Shown here piece by piece: positions 19,395 through 28,769 of a DNA stretch of 64,000 nt (the stretch's first letter is position 1; every line of letters starts with the position of its first letter). Source of the stretch: Polyangiales bacterium (GTDB taxonomy: Bacteria; Myxococcota_A; Polyangia; Polyangiales; Polyangiaceae); assembly GCA_038230375.1 (NCBI GenBank), contig JBBRNJ010000037.1:1-64000 (forward strand), written 5' to 3'. The translations under genes and the position numbers were made by a program. The notes below the pieces were generated by a model. That model saw only the letters and a list, made by a program, of their open reading frames with translations, had not been told where the DNA came from and ran no database searches.

Positions 19395-20372
19395 ATGCAT
19401 CGTGGGTTCATCTTCGCTTGCGCGGGGCTCTGCGTAGGGCTCGCCGCAATAGCTGCATGTTCGGGAAGCGGAGGGAGCGACATCACCACGGGTGATGCCG
19501 GCACGGGCGCGGATGGCGGCGGAGAGGGCGGCTCCGGCCCGAGCCCCGCGCAGGCCGCAGGCGACCTTGCGCACGTCGTGTGTCAGCGCTTCGAGGAATG
19601 CGCGCCTGCCTTCATCACGATCGGCTACGGCGGCGCGCCCGAATGTGAGAAGCGCTTCACCGCGCAGTTCGCGGACAACCTCTCGGCGAGCGGCTCCAAT
19701 CAGACAACCAGTCAGGTGGAGGCCTGCGTCGCGGCTGCACAAGGCCTCTCGTGCGCGGACCTGCTCGGTCGCAAGACACCGGATATCTGCAAGCCACCGC
19801 CAGGTCAGCTCACCGATGGGAAGGCGTGCGCCACCGACGCGCAGTGTACGAACAAGCGCTGCAAGGTCGCGCCCGGCGCCGCGTGTGGAACCTGCACGTC
19901 GCCGGTAGCCGGCGGGCAGGCGTGCGGCAAGGACGACGATTGCGACGACGGTTTGAAATGCGTGAATAGTGCATGTGTTCCGTACGGCGCCATGAACGCA
20001 GCCTGCGACGGCAGCCATCCGTGCAACCCGACGCTCGCATGCGTGGGCGGCACGTGCGGAGCTCCGCGCGCCTCTGGGGCGTGCAACGCGGCAGACGAAT
20101 GCGATCAACTCCACGGCGTCTTCTGCGACGGCAAGCAGTGTCAGCCCCTGCAGTTCGCGAATGCGCCAGCCGCATGTGGCCTGGTGGATGGTGGCCTGCA
20201 GCTATGCAACGGACCAGCATCCTGCGTCTCGAGCGGCGCCGGCAAGGGCACATGCGCCAGCGCGCCCGCGGACAACGCGCCGTGCACGGCCGATGGTGGC
20301 GCAGCATGCGAGGGGCCGTCCGTGTGCCTGAACGGCGCCTGCACGTTCCCCGCGTCGGCGGCGTGCAAGTAG
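19395..20372 (+). CDS. Cys-rich disulfide-repeat lipoprotein
   Basis: Lipobox AAC; many C-x(4-5)-C modules; GGAGG RBS. Confidence 0.85.
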   Translation: MHRGFIFACAGLCVGLAAIAACSGSGGSDITTGDAGTGADGGGEGGSGPSPAQAAGDLAHVVCQRFEECAPAFITIGYGGAPECEKRFTAQFADNLSASGSNQTTSQVEACVAAAQGLSCADLLGRKTPDICKPPPGQLTDGKACATDAQCTNKRCKVAPGAACGTCTSPVAGGQACGKDDDCDDGLKCVNSACVPYGAMNAACDGSHPCNPTLACVGGTCGAPRASGACNAADECDQLHGVFCDGKQCQPLQFANAPAACGLVDGGLQLCNGPASCVSSGAGKGTCASAPADNAPCTADGGAACEGPSVCLNGACTFPASAACK

Positions 20373-20395
20373 AGTCATCCGCTCTCTAGTTAATG

Positions 20396-21163
20396 CTAGC
20401 GCGTGGGCGGCGAGGCGACCTGGGTTTGCCACCTGGCGATCTGGTCGCAGATCCATTCCGGCTCGTCGAGCGCGAGATCATGACCGCCCGTGGGCGATAG
20501 CCCAAGGTCGCCACCCAGGCTTGTTGCGATGCGCTCCGAGCAACGAAACGAAACGAGCCGATCCGTTCGCGATGCAAGGACCAGCAGTGGAGTCCGCAGC
20601 CGTGTCGGCGCCGCGAACCTGCTTGCGGCGAACAACTGTCGCGGCACGCTCCCGCGCTCCGGCGGCGCGAGCTCCGCGAAGCGAGCTTGTTTTACCGCCA
20701 GTTCATCGAGATCGCGCGCGTTGCGAGCACTGGTGAGCGCCAGCACGGCCCGCTCCTTCGCGATCGCGCCTCTGGCGAACGGCGAGAGCAACGCGCGCGG
20801 ATGAAAGCGCTCGAAGGTGGGAGAAGGGCGCGCGCTGGAGTTGATGGCCACGCACCGCTCGAAGTCCTCCGGATAGCCTGCGCACAATTCCAGCGCGACC
20901 ATGCCTCCGAGAGAAATTCCAAGGACGGACCAGCGCGCACGCTCCTCCTTCGCAAGGCGCGCTCGCACGTCAAGGGCGATGCCTCTCACTGTCGTGGGAG
21001 AAGGGCGCGCGTTCTCCGTTCCGAAGCCGGGCAGGTCCAGGGCCAGAACGTGCGCGCCCAGCTTGTGTTCGAGCGCCTCTGGAAATGAGCCCCAGTGGCG
21101 CTTCTCCCGACCCAGGCCGCGCAGGAGAAGCCACCCGCTCTTCACGTTTGCCCCGTCGTCCAT
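20396..21163 (-). CDS. Alpha/beta fold hydrolase
   Basis: LLRGL, DLPGFG, GISLGG nucleophile elbow, DRLV and GGHD; start overlaps the BVMO stop. Confidence 0.9.
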   Translation of the reverse strand: MDDGANVKSGWLLLRGLGREKRHWGSFPEALEHKLGAHVLALDLPGFGTENARPSPTTVRGIALDVRARLAKEERARWSVLGISLGGMVALELCAGYPEDFERCVAINSSARPSPTFERFHPRALLSPFARGAIAKERAVLALTSARNARDLDELAVKQARFAELAPPERGSVPRQLFAASRFAAPTRLRTPLLVLASRTDRLVSFRCSERIATSLGGDLGLSPTGGHDLALDEPEWICDQIARWQTQVASPPTR

Positions 21164-22731
21164 CACGCGCTCGCGCTCATCTCGGACGGAGCGGCGACGG
21201 GGCGAGGCTTCCTCGCGTCCACGGCGTCCTGTGGAGCAGTCCGGAACTCGTAGTGGTCGAGCGAGGAGAAGTGGCTGCGCAGCGAGATCTCGAAGCCGAG
21301 ATGCGGCCGCATTGCCGGCGCGTCGCCGTGGCGATCAAAGTAGTAGCTGTTCGAGCCGCCGCAGGTTCCGTTCTGGAAGACGCTCTTCTCCTGACGGCGC
21401 AGAATGCCTTGAAAATAGGCGCTGTGCGCGTCCTGCCTCACGTCTGCGGACGTCGCGCCGCGGCTCTTCGCCTCCTTGATCACGCGCAGTGCATGGCGCG
21501 TGGACGCCTCCACCATCGACAGGTACGAGCGACCGCCAAGACCGTACGGGCCCGTCAGCAGGAACATGTTCGGCCAGCCGGCCACGGTGCACGCCTCGTA
21601 CGCCTGGTAGCGGTTCTCGTGCCAGAAGCGACCGAGCTCCACGCCGCCCGAGCCATGCACTGGATACGGTGGCGCGTTGCCCAGCTCGAACACGTTGAAG
21701 CCCGTCGCCAGGATGAGGACGTCGATCTCGTGGAGAACGCCGTCGCGGGTCACGATGCCTCGTGCCTCGATATGGTCGATCGCGTCGGTGACCAGCGCCA
21801 CGTTCTCACGATTGAAGGCCGTCAGGTATTCGTTGGAGATGACGGGGCGCTTGCAGCCAAAGCCGTAATGCGGCGTGAGCTTCTCGCGCAGCGCGGGGTC
21901 CTTGATCTGGCGCGCCAGGTGGCGCTTCGCGATGCGCTCCGCGGTCTTCTGCAGGAACGGGGCGCGCTTCGCGTGGATGGTGCCAAGCCGGAAGAACACC
22001 GTACTAGGGAGCGACGTCACCGCGCGCGTCGCGGCGAACGCGCCGGGGATGTTCTCATAGGCCCAGCGCATGCGCGGAGAGATCTCGAAGTCCATCTTTG
22101 GCATCACCCAGATGGGCGTGCGCTGGAACACGGTGAGCTTCGCGACGGACGGGGCAATGTTCGGCACCACCTGAACCGCGGACGCCCCGGTGCCGAGCAC
22201 CGCAACACGCTTTCCGCGAAGGTCCACGGCATCATTCCACTCGGCCGTGTGCATCACCGCTCCCTGGAAGTCGGCAAGGCCCCGGATGTCGGGACGCTTC
22301 GGCTGCGTCAGGCCACCTGGCGCCTGGATCAAGTAGCGACAGGTCATTGCGCCTCCGTCGCCGAGCGTGAGGCGCCACACGTGCGCGCGCTCGTCCCAGC
22401 GGGCCTCCACGATGTGGGTGTGGAAGCGGATGCGCGGTCGCAGCGCGAACGCGTCAGCCAGGTGGTCCGCATACACCGCGACTTCGGCTCCCGGAGCAAA
22501 CGCGCGCGTCCACTTGAAGTAGGGAACGTCATTGTAGGAGTAGTTGAACGAGTTCACGTCCACCGCGACGCCCGGATAGCGGTTCACCTTCCACGTCCCG
22601 CCGACCTCGCCGCTCTTCTCGGCGATGACGAAGTCGATGCCCGCCTTCGTGAGCTCGATGCCGGCCCAGAGGCCCGCGAGGCCGGCCCCGATCACCAACA
22701 CCTCGACATGAGACAGCTGTTTTTCCGACAT
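21163..22731 (-). CDS. Type I Baeyer-Villiger / flavin-containing monooxygenase
   Basis: GAGLAG, GGTWxxNxYPG, FQGAVMHTAEW fingerprint, GTGASA, ATGF; start MSEKQ. Confidence 0.95.
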   Translation of the reverse strand: MSEKQLSHVEVLVIGAGLAGLWAGIELTKAGIDFVIAEKSGEVGGTWKVNRYPGVAVDVNSFNYSYNDVPYFKWTRAFAPGAEVAVYADHLADAFALRPRIRFHTHIVEARWDERAHVWRLTLGDGGAMTCRYLIQAPGGLTQPKRPDIRGLADFQGAVMHTAEWNDAVDLRGKRVAVLGTGASAVQVVPNIAPSVAKLTVFQRTPIWVMPKMDFEISPRMRWAYENIPGAFAATRAVTSLPSTVFFRLGTIHAKRAPFLQKTAERIAKRHLARQIKDPALREKLTPHYGFGCKRPVISNEYLTAFNRENVALVTDAIDHIEARGIVTRDGVLHEIDVLILATGFNVFELGNAPPYPVHGSGGVELGRFWHENRYQAYEACTVAGWPNMFLLTGPYGLGGRSYLSMVEASTRHALRVIKEAKSRGATSADVRQDAHSAYFQGILRRQEKSVFQNGTCGGSNSYYFDRHGDAPAMRPHLGFEISLRSHFSSLDHYEFRTAPQDAVDARKPRPVAAPSEMSASA

Positions 22732-22734
22732 CTG

Positions 22735-22767
22735 CTTGCTGTGCCATATTCTGTATGGTACAGCAAG
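22735..22767. promoter_or_regulatory. 14-bp inverted repeat, probable GntR operator
   Basis: CTTGCTGTGCCATA-N5-TATGGTACAGCAAG (13/14 match) fills most of the 42-bp divergent spacer. Confidence 0.75.
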
Positions 22768-22773
22768 TGGTAC

Positions 22774-23544
22774 ATGACGAAATCGGCGAAAGCGGCGGCG
22801 GAGGCAGGCGGTCATTCGATCGTCGACGAGGTCACCGAGCGCATCGCGTTCGAGATCGCATCCGGCGCCCACGTGCCGGGCGAACGTCTTCCGTCGGTGC
22901 GTGCGCTCGCCCTTCGTCATCGCATCAATCCGTCGACGGTGCAGATCGTGATGTCGCGCCTCCGCGCCGCCGGCTTCGTGGATGGCGCACATAGGTCGGG
23001 GTTCGTGGTCCGCGACATCGAGCTGTACGGAGGCATCGACACGTGGCGCTACCTGTTCCGCTTCGCGCAGGAGCTACCGGAGCGCGCGACGCGCTTGTTC
23101 GAGAACTTCCTGGCCACCCGCCGCGTCCTGGTCATGGAGGTCGTGCGCACGATCGCGCATGCGCCTTCCACGGTGGATCTCCGCGCGCTACGGCAGGCGG
23201 TGGAACAGATGGAGGCGCTTGCGCGGCGTGATGCGTCGCCCGAGGAGCTCGCGCGCGCCGAGCTGCAGGCGTCGCGGCTCTTCATGCGCCAGGCAGATCA
23301 GCCGGTGCTCCTTGCGCTCTACAACACCATCGGCGAGATCTTGCTCACCGTCCCAGCCGTGCTCCGCGCGATGTACTCGGAGCCCGCCTTCAACATCATG
23401 ATGTGGCGTGGCCTGCTCGCGCGCTGGGAGACTGGAGTCAGCATGGGCGTGACGACGACGGAGCTCGCGGCAGCTTCCGCAGCGCTCGCGCAGTTTCACG
23501 TGAAGTGCGTGGAGCGATATCGGCGCATCGTGCACAAGAAGTAG
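22774..23544 (+). CDS. GntR family (FadR-like) transcriptional regulator
   Basis: PGERLPSVRALA..H.I...TV wHTH followed by helical C-domain; divergent from the BVMO. Confidence 0.9.
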   Translation: MTKSAKAAAEAGGHSIVDEVTERIAFEIASGAHVPGERLPSVRALALRHRINPSTVQIVMSRLRAAGFVDGAHRSGFVVRDIELYGGIDTWRYLFRFAQELPERATRLFENFLATRRVLVMEVVRTIAHAPSTVDLRALRQAVEQMEALARRDASPEELARAELQASRLFMRQADQPVLLALYNTIGEILLTVPAVLRAMYSEPAFNIMMWRGLLARWETGVSMGVTTTELAAASAALAQFHVKCVERYRRIVHKK

Positions 23545-23587
23545 CGCCAAGCTCCGCGTGGACGCGCGACGCTTCGCTCCGAGAGAG

Positions 23588-26191
23588 TCAATCCACCGTG
23601 ATCGACTTGCTCACATTCTTGGGTACGTCTGGATGAACGCCGTGTTCGGCGATGCCAAGCCGATCCAGATAGTGCTTCTTCAACAGGCTCATCTTGAGCG
23701 CGAGCCGTTGGAGCGCGACCGTGGCCGAGAACGTGGCGAGCAGCGTGTCGTTCGTTCGGGGAAGCGTGACGACGACGGAGCGGTACGAGGGATTGTCCGT
23801 GGGCGCCTTGGTGGCGGCGCCGGTGAGCGCCGGATGGTCCTCTGCAATGACGACGGTCTGCGACCCGCGGATCTTGTGCGTGTTGATCTGCGAGACCGTA
23901 AGCGCGACGTCTCGCTCGTCCGGGCCCGTGACGTAGACGAGCGGATAGTCCGAGTAGAGCGCCGAGAAGAGGTCCCCACGATCCACGACGCGCTCGAAGA
24001 TCTTCCGCTCCGCGGCGTCGAGTGAGAAGGAGGTGCCCGACGGCGACAGTACCGAGTCCGTGGTCGCCTCCAGCAAGCGCTTCAGGGAGTCCGATCCCAG
24101 CCCCGCTTCGCCTGCTTCGGTCGTGAGGCGACGGAGCGTGTGGCCAAGACGCTTGAGCATGGCGTCGACCTCCTCGGGCCCGAGCACCGTGTTGAAGCCC
24201 AGGATGGTGTTGGGTCCGTGCTTGAACTCGGAGGCCTCGAAGCCTTCGGTGTGATTGAGCACCACCTCGCGGATCTTCAGTGCGCCCTCTTTTGCGATGG
24301 CGGCGATGCGTGTGGCAAGGATGTGGATGCTGGGTGCAAGGTAGAGTGTCCGCGCCGCCAGCTCGATGTCCGCATCGGTGCTGCTCACGGTCTCGCGGAT
24401 CAGCGCGGGGATCGCGCGGAGCTGCTCGCGTCGGCGATCGAGCTCGCGGGTCAGCGAGGCGCGCTCATCCGCGGTTGCGCCCAGATCATTCACGCGGCGC
24501 TCCGCTACATGCAACGCCAGGCAGTAGAAGACCACCATCTGGTTCATGAAGCTCTTCGTTGCCGGCACCGCGATCTCGGGCCCGCAGCGAAGCGGAATCA
24601 CGAGGTCGCTCTTCTCCTGTGCGAGGGTGGAGTTGACGTTGTTGACGAGCGCGATGCGGCCCACCGCGTGACCCGATGCGATCACGTCGTTCAAGACGTC
24701 GATCAGGTCCTTGGTCTCACCGCTCTGACTGACCGCAATCACGAGGTCACCGTCGCGCAGCGTTCGCGACGATTGACCGCGGAACTCTCCCGGCAACACG
24801 GGCGTGAGCTCCACCTGCGCAAGCTCGTTGAAGTAGAGGCTGGCGGCCTTTGCGGCGTGGTACGAGCTGCCGCAGCAGATGACGTACACGCGCCCCCGCG
24901 CGGCGACGGCCTTCATGCACATGTCGCCGAAGCGCTCGATCAACGCGCGTGTCTCGGCGACCTCGTCGGCCTCGAGCATTGCGTCGAGCATTCGTACTCC
25001 AATGGTGTCTTCGCGGCTCCGCGCCATGGGGAGCAGATCGGTGAAGAAGCCGGCCTCGCCCGACGCGAGCTTCTCGGCGTTTGCGATCGCGGACGGCGCG
25101 CTCTGGACGACGCTCTTCCACGCGGGAAGGTCGCACAGCTCGTGGAACAGGCGCCTGATCTTCGCGTCCTCGTACTGGTCGCGCAGCGCATCGAGCCGCG
25201 ACGTGATGTCCGGGCGCGCGATCTCTCGTGCCGCGCGGGCTGCGTCGGATCCTCCCAAGAACAACGTGATCACGTCACGCGCGGTCTGCTCTTGCGCGCT
25301 GATCTCCTGGTCCATGAACGTCTCGAACGGCGGGATCAACGCGGTGTCCTTCGCACGCAGGCGGCTCCGCACCGGCTCGCGTTCGATCGCCTGACCGGCG
25401 GCAAGGCGCACTGGCCCCGCCGGCGTCTTCACGGTCCGATCGGTGATGCTGTAGATGCAGTGCGCCTTTGCATCGTATTCGACGACCTCGCCTTCGGTGA
25501 TGGGCACCACCACACGCGTCAGCTTGAGGACGCTCGAGAGGTCCGACGACGCGATCGCGAAGTGACCGCCGGCCTCGTCCTCGCCCACACCGAAATAGAG
25601 GCTCGAGCCGAGCTTGATCGCCCACATCACGCGGGTCACTGGATCCACGATCACGGCGGCGAACGAGCCTTCCAGCTTCGACGCGGCAAGGGTGATCGCG
25701 CTGCGCATCGCTCGGCGACGTGCGCCTGGTTCGCGCGCGTCCGCTGCCTTCGCGATCTCGCGCGAGAAAAAGTGCTCGATCGTGTGGACCACCATCTCAC
25801 CGTCGTTGTCGGACAGCACTGCGTGGCCTTCCGAGGTGAGCCAGGCCTTGAGATCATCGCAGTTGGTCACGTTGCCGTTGTGCGCGCCGTACAGGAAGGA
25901 CTTGCAGCGGACCACGTGCGGCTGCGAGTTCTCTTTGGTCACGGCTCCGAACGTGGCCCAGCGCACCTGCCCGCAGAACGCGCGTCCCGCCATGCGCGTG
26001 ATGCCGAGCTCGTCCACCATGACCGATGGCGCGCCGACCCCCTTCTTCAGGACGACGTCTTCTTCGTCTCCCTGGATCGCAGCACCGGTCGAGTCGTAGC
26101 CGCGGTATTCGAGCGTCTTCAAGAGCTCCGCAGCGACCTGTCCCATGTCGTCACGCGTTCGCTCGCAGATGAGGCCGATGACTCCGCACAT
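23588..26191 (-). CDS. glmS: Glutamine--fructose-6-phosphate transaminase (isomerizing), enlarged form (867 aa)
   Basis: MCG start, LEYRGYDS, RWAT, HNG, CGSSY, SQSGET, ATKSF, EGALKIRE, KHGP, C-terminal PKNVSKSITVD. Confidence 0.9.
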   Translation of the reverse strand: MCGVIGLICERTRDDMGQVAAELLKTLEYRGYDSTGAAIQGDEEDVVLKKGVGAPSVMVDELGITRMAGRAFCGQVRWATFGAVTKENSQPHVVRCKSFLYGAHNGNVTNCDDLKAWLTSEGHAVLSDNDGEMVVHTIEHFFSREIAKAADAREPGARRRAMRSAITLAASKLEGSFAAVIVDPVTRVMWAIKLGSSLYFGVGEDEAGGHFAIASSDLSSVLKLTRVVVPITEGEVVEYDAKAHCIYSITDRTVKTPAGPVRLAAGQAIEREPVRSRLRAKDTALIPPFETFMDQEISAQEQTARDVITLFLGGSDAARAAREIARPDITSRLDALRDQYEDAKIRRLFHELCDLPAWKSVVQSAPSAIANAEKLASGEAGFFTDLLPMARSREDTIGVRMLDAMLEADEVAETRALIERFGDMCMKAVAARGRVYVICCGSSYHAAKAASLYFNELAQVELTPVLPGEFRGQSSRTLRDGDLVIAVSQSGETKDLIDVLNDVIASGHAVGRIALVNNVNSTLAQEKSDLVIPLRCGPEIAVPATKSFMNQMVVFYCLALHVAERRVNDLGATADERASLTRELDRRREQLRAIPALIRETVSSTDADIELAARTLYLAPSIHILATRIAAIAKEGALKIREVVLNHTEGFEASEFKHGPNTILGFNTVLGPEEVDAMLKRLGHTLRRLTTEAGEAGLGSDSLKRLLEATTDSVLSPSGTSFSLDAAERKIFERVVDRGDLFSALYSDYPLVYVTGPDERDVALTVSQINTHKIRGSQTVVIAEDHPALTGAATKAPTDNPSYRSVVVTLPRTNDTLLATFSATVALQRLALKMSLLKKHYLDRLGIAEHGVHPDVPKNVSKSITVD

Positions 26192-26233
26192 GCGAGCTTC
26201 CTTATCACGACCGCAGCCCAACTTCGGCCTACC

Positions 26234-26920
26234 ATGTCCCGCATGGACGAACGACGCGCAGACAGGCTTTCGGGGTGGGCTGGGATCTTGTTCTCGGCGA
26301 TGTCGCTCGTGGTGTTTCCGCTCGTGCTCTCACCTCCAGCGCCGCCGATCGTGGGCCAGAGCGGCGCCGAGGTGGCAACGTGGTTCGAGCTTCATCGCAC
26401 CGGCTTCCTCGTCGGCAACTACCTGGGCATCGCCGCGTTCCTCCCCGGGTTCGTGCAGCTCACCGTGCTTGCGGCCAGGATCCGGCGCGCGGAAGGAGAA
26501 GGCGGTTTCCTCGCGACGCTCGTGCTCACGACGGGCACGTTCGGCTACGCCGTGTTCGAGTGCTCGCTCGTCGCGTTCCAGGCCATGCCGTTCCTGCTCG
26601 CGCCGCATCTCCGCGCCTCGATCGAGGCGATGGGCTCGCTGACTGCGGTGTGGTTCGCGCTCGACGGTCTCGCCGCGTTCCCGCTGGTGATCGCTGTCGG
26701 TGTAGCGACCGTCGTCACACGCGTGCTGCCGCCGTGGTTCGCGCGGTTCAGCTGGATCACTGCCGCGCTCGTGATCGCCATGAGCCTTGGCGCGCTCACC
26801 ACGCAGCCGTCGTGGCTCGCCGCAGGCGGCATCGTCACGGGCCTGGGCTTCTTCGGATTTTTCGTATGGACCACCGTCCTGGGCGTGGTGTTCCTGCGCC
26901 GGACGCCGTCAGCGGTCTAG
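26234..26920 (+). CDS. Multi-pass membrane protein (about 6 TM, DUF4386-like)
   Basis: Six hydrophobic segments in the C-terminal part of ORF 24140..26920; start MSRMDE. Confidence 0.75.
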   Translation: MSRMDERRADRLSGWAGILFSAMSLVVFPLVLSPPAPPIVGQSGAEVATWFELHRTGFLVGNYLGIAAFLPGFVQLTVLAARIRRAEGEGGFLATLVLTTGTFGYAVFECSLVAFQAMPFLLAPHLRASIEAMGSLTAVWFALDGLAAFPLVIAVGVATVVTRVLPPWFARFSWITAALVIAMSLGALTTQPSWLAAGGIVTGLGFFGFFVWTTVLGVVFLRRTPSAV

Positions 26921-26928
26921 GTCAGCGA

Positions 26929-27222
26929 TCAGCGCGGCTGCGGCCCGACGTGGACGGGGCCGGGGTCCGGCGACTGCGGGCCGTGACCGGGGCGACCCGG
27001 GACGATCTGCGGCGTGGGGTCGAACATGCTCGTGCGAGCGAAGGCGCCAGCAGTGTCGTCGTTCGCGCTGGTGCCGCCGCTTGCGGGGCTGCCCTGGGTC
27101 GTCGGCTGGCCAACGGTGCCGCCTTGGTCCGTCCCCAGGTTCTCGTCCCCAGCGGGATCGTTCGAGCCCACCGCGCAGCCAACCATCGAAAGCGCGCCCA
27201 ACAGAAAAAGTACGTTCTTCAT
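26929..27222 (-). CDS. Small lipoprotein (97 aa)
   Basis: MKNVLFLLGALSMVGC lipobox; AGGAGG RBS. Confidence 0.8.
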   Translation of the reverse strand: MKNVLFLLGALSMVGCAVGSNDPAGDENLGTDQGGTVGQPTTQGSPASGGTSANDDTAGAFARTSMFDPTPQIVPGRPGHGPQSPDPGPVHVGPQPR

Positions 27223-27319
27223 GAAGCCTCCTACGACCTGTCGGAGGCATCATATTTTCACAATCCGAAAGACCCCACTTTTCTGCAATTCGGGTCCGCG
27301 GAGGTGACATTCTTGCCGG

Positions 27320-27826
27320 ATGAGACGCATCGAGGCACCGCCGATCACGCGTGAAGCATTCGCACCGTTCGGGGACCTGGTCATTGCGGCACGCGCCGAC
27401 ATCTCGCCCGTGATGGTGAACTTCGGGACGGCCGCGCGACGCAACGGTGCTGGCGCGCTCATCAACGAACGCCCCGCGGCGCACCCCAACCTCTGCACGT
27501 TCGTGTGCACGCCGTGGACCCGATTTCCGGTGGTCGTGGAGTCCATGGAGAAGCACCCGCGGTCGTCGCAGCTCTTCGTGCCGACACGCGTGGAGAAGTA
27601 TCTGGTCGTCGTGGCGGGCGGCGATGAAGCGCCGGACCTGGAGACGCTTCGCGCGTTCGTCGCCGGGCCCGGAGAGAGCGTCATCTACGGGCCCAACGTG
27701 TGGCACATGCCGCTCATCGTGATGGGGACGGCGACCGCGGAGTTCGTGATGTTCGTGTGGGAGGACGACACGCGAGAAGACTGCGTGGTGGCACGAATCA
27801 AGGAGCGCGTAGAGATCGCGCTGTGA
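27320..27826 (+). CDS. allA: Ureidoglycolate lyase
   Basis: PITREAFAPFGD, MEKHPRSSQLF, YLVVVA, YGPNVWH motifs; GGAGG RBS. Confidence 0.85.
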   Translation: MRRIEAPPITREAFAPFGDLVIAARADISPVMVNFGTAARRNGAGALINERPAAHPNLCTFVCTPWTRFPVVVESMEKHPRSSQLFVPTRVEKYLVVVAGGDEAPDLETLRAFVAGPGESVIYGPNVWHMPLIVMGTATAEFVMFVWEDDTREDCVVARIKERVEIAL

Positions 27827-27835
27827 TCGTCACCT

Positions 27836-28627
27836 TCACTTCGCGACGCGCACGTTCACCATCGCGTCCGCGCCGTGCGCCTGCATCGTGAGGGTTGCCT
27901 GACCCGGGCCCTTCGCGATTGATTCTTCCACGTCCGTGGCGCCGCCCGTGTCGCCGGCGGAGGAGAGCACGCCAACGTCGGAGTACTGCGGGATGAGGCC
28001 GTGCTTCGTGAACACCATGGGCGTGGTTCCGGCGTACACCACCGAATGAACTGAGATGTGATCGCCAGCGCGGGCGGGATACGTCCCGTCGCTCGCCTTC
28101 TGCACCTCCGCTCCATTCACCCGCACGGTCGCGTCGATGCGCTCCGCCGGGCGCACCGCGAAGCCAACGGAGTCCACCGTGGCGCCTGCCGCGTCGACGA
28201 CGAGCAACGTGACGTCCCCCGTGCCCTTGGTCTGGATGTCTGCACTGTGCACGCAAGTCTTCTTCTCGGCGGATGCACACGCGGTGACCGGGTCTACGGC
28301 GTGCGACTCGCTGCTCCCGCTGCCAAGGGTATGCGTGCACATGCACGACTCCGTGTGGACCACTGTGCCCATGTCGGGGGACGCCAGCCGAACGTCGTAG
28401 CGAACCTGCGGATCGCCGCCCGTGGTTTGCACGGTGATCATGGCGCCGAGCACCACCGGCCGGTCCAACGAGCAGCCGAATCCGCACTGGCTGGACGTGT
28501 AGTGGAACGAGAGCTTTCCGTTTGCGCCCTTGGTCTCGCTGCCGAGCTCGAACGGCTCGAGCGAACACGCTGTGAGGGCGAAGAATGCGAAGGCCGACAC
28601 GAGAACGGACGAAGAAAGAAGGCGCAT
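27836..28627 (-). CDS. Cys-containing beta-rich lipoprotein (paralog of 9074..9877)
   Basis: Lipobox LTAC; GGAG RBS; shared motifs with the 9074 protein. Confidence 0.85.
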   Translation of the reverse strand: MRLLSSSVLVSAFAFFALTACSLEPFELGSETKGANGKLSFHYTSSQCGFGCSLDRPVVLGAMITVQTTGGDPQVRYDVRLASPDMGTVVHTESCMCTHTLGSGSSESHAVDPVTACASAEKKTCVHSADIQTKGTGDVTLLVVDAAGATVDSVGFAVRPAERIDATVRVNGAEVQKASDGTYPARAGDHISVHSVVYAGTTPMVFTKHGLIPQYSDVGVLSSAGDTGGATDVEESIAKGPGQATLTMQAHGADAMVNVRVAK

Positions 28628-28769
28628 GAAGATCTCCGAGGTGGGGTCTTGGTGAAGGGAAAAGAGGCCGCTTCCGGGCCTCCAGACCGTTAACTCGTGA
28701 GCCCGTCGAAATGGGAAGTCGAAGCCCTCCTTTTTTCGTTCATCGCCTCCGCGCCGTGCCTCCGCGTCG

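Noticed and set aside
17429..19495. 688-aa plus-strand ORF and similar long Arg-rich ORFs
   Set aside because: Antisense shadows of real genes, expected in high-GC DNA; no recognisable motifs
21085..26233. Long N-terminal extensions of the GntR (from 21085) and membrane protein (from 24140) ORFs as fusions
   Set aside because: The extensions are antisense to the BVMO and glmS; the real starts are 22774 and 26234
26192..26233. glmS ribozyme upstream of glmS
   Set aside because: Only 42 nt separate glmS from the divergent gene and I see no ribozyme core motif
20396..27826. BVMO/hydrolase/glmS/allA region as a secondary metabolite cluster
   Set aside because: No PKS, NRPS, RiPP or terpene core; the genes fall in separate transcription units
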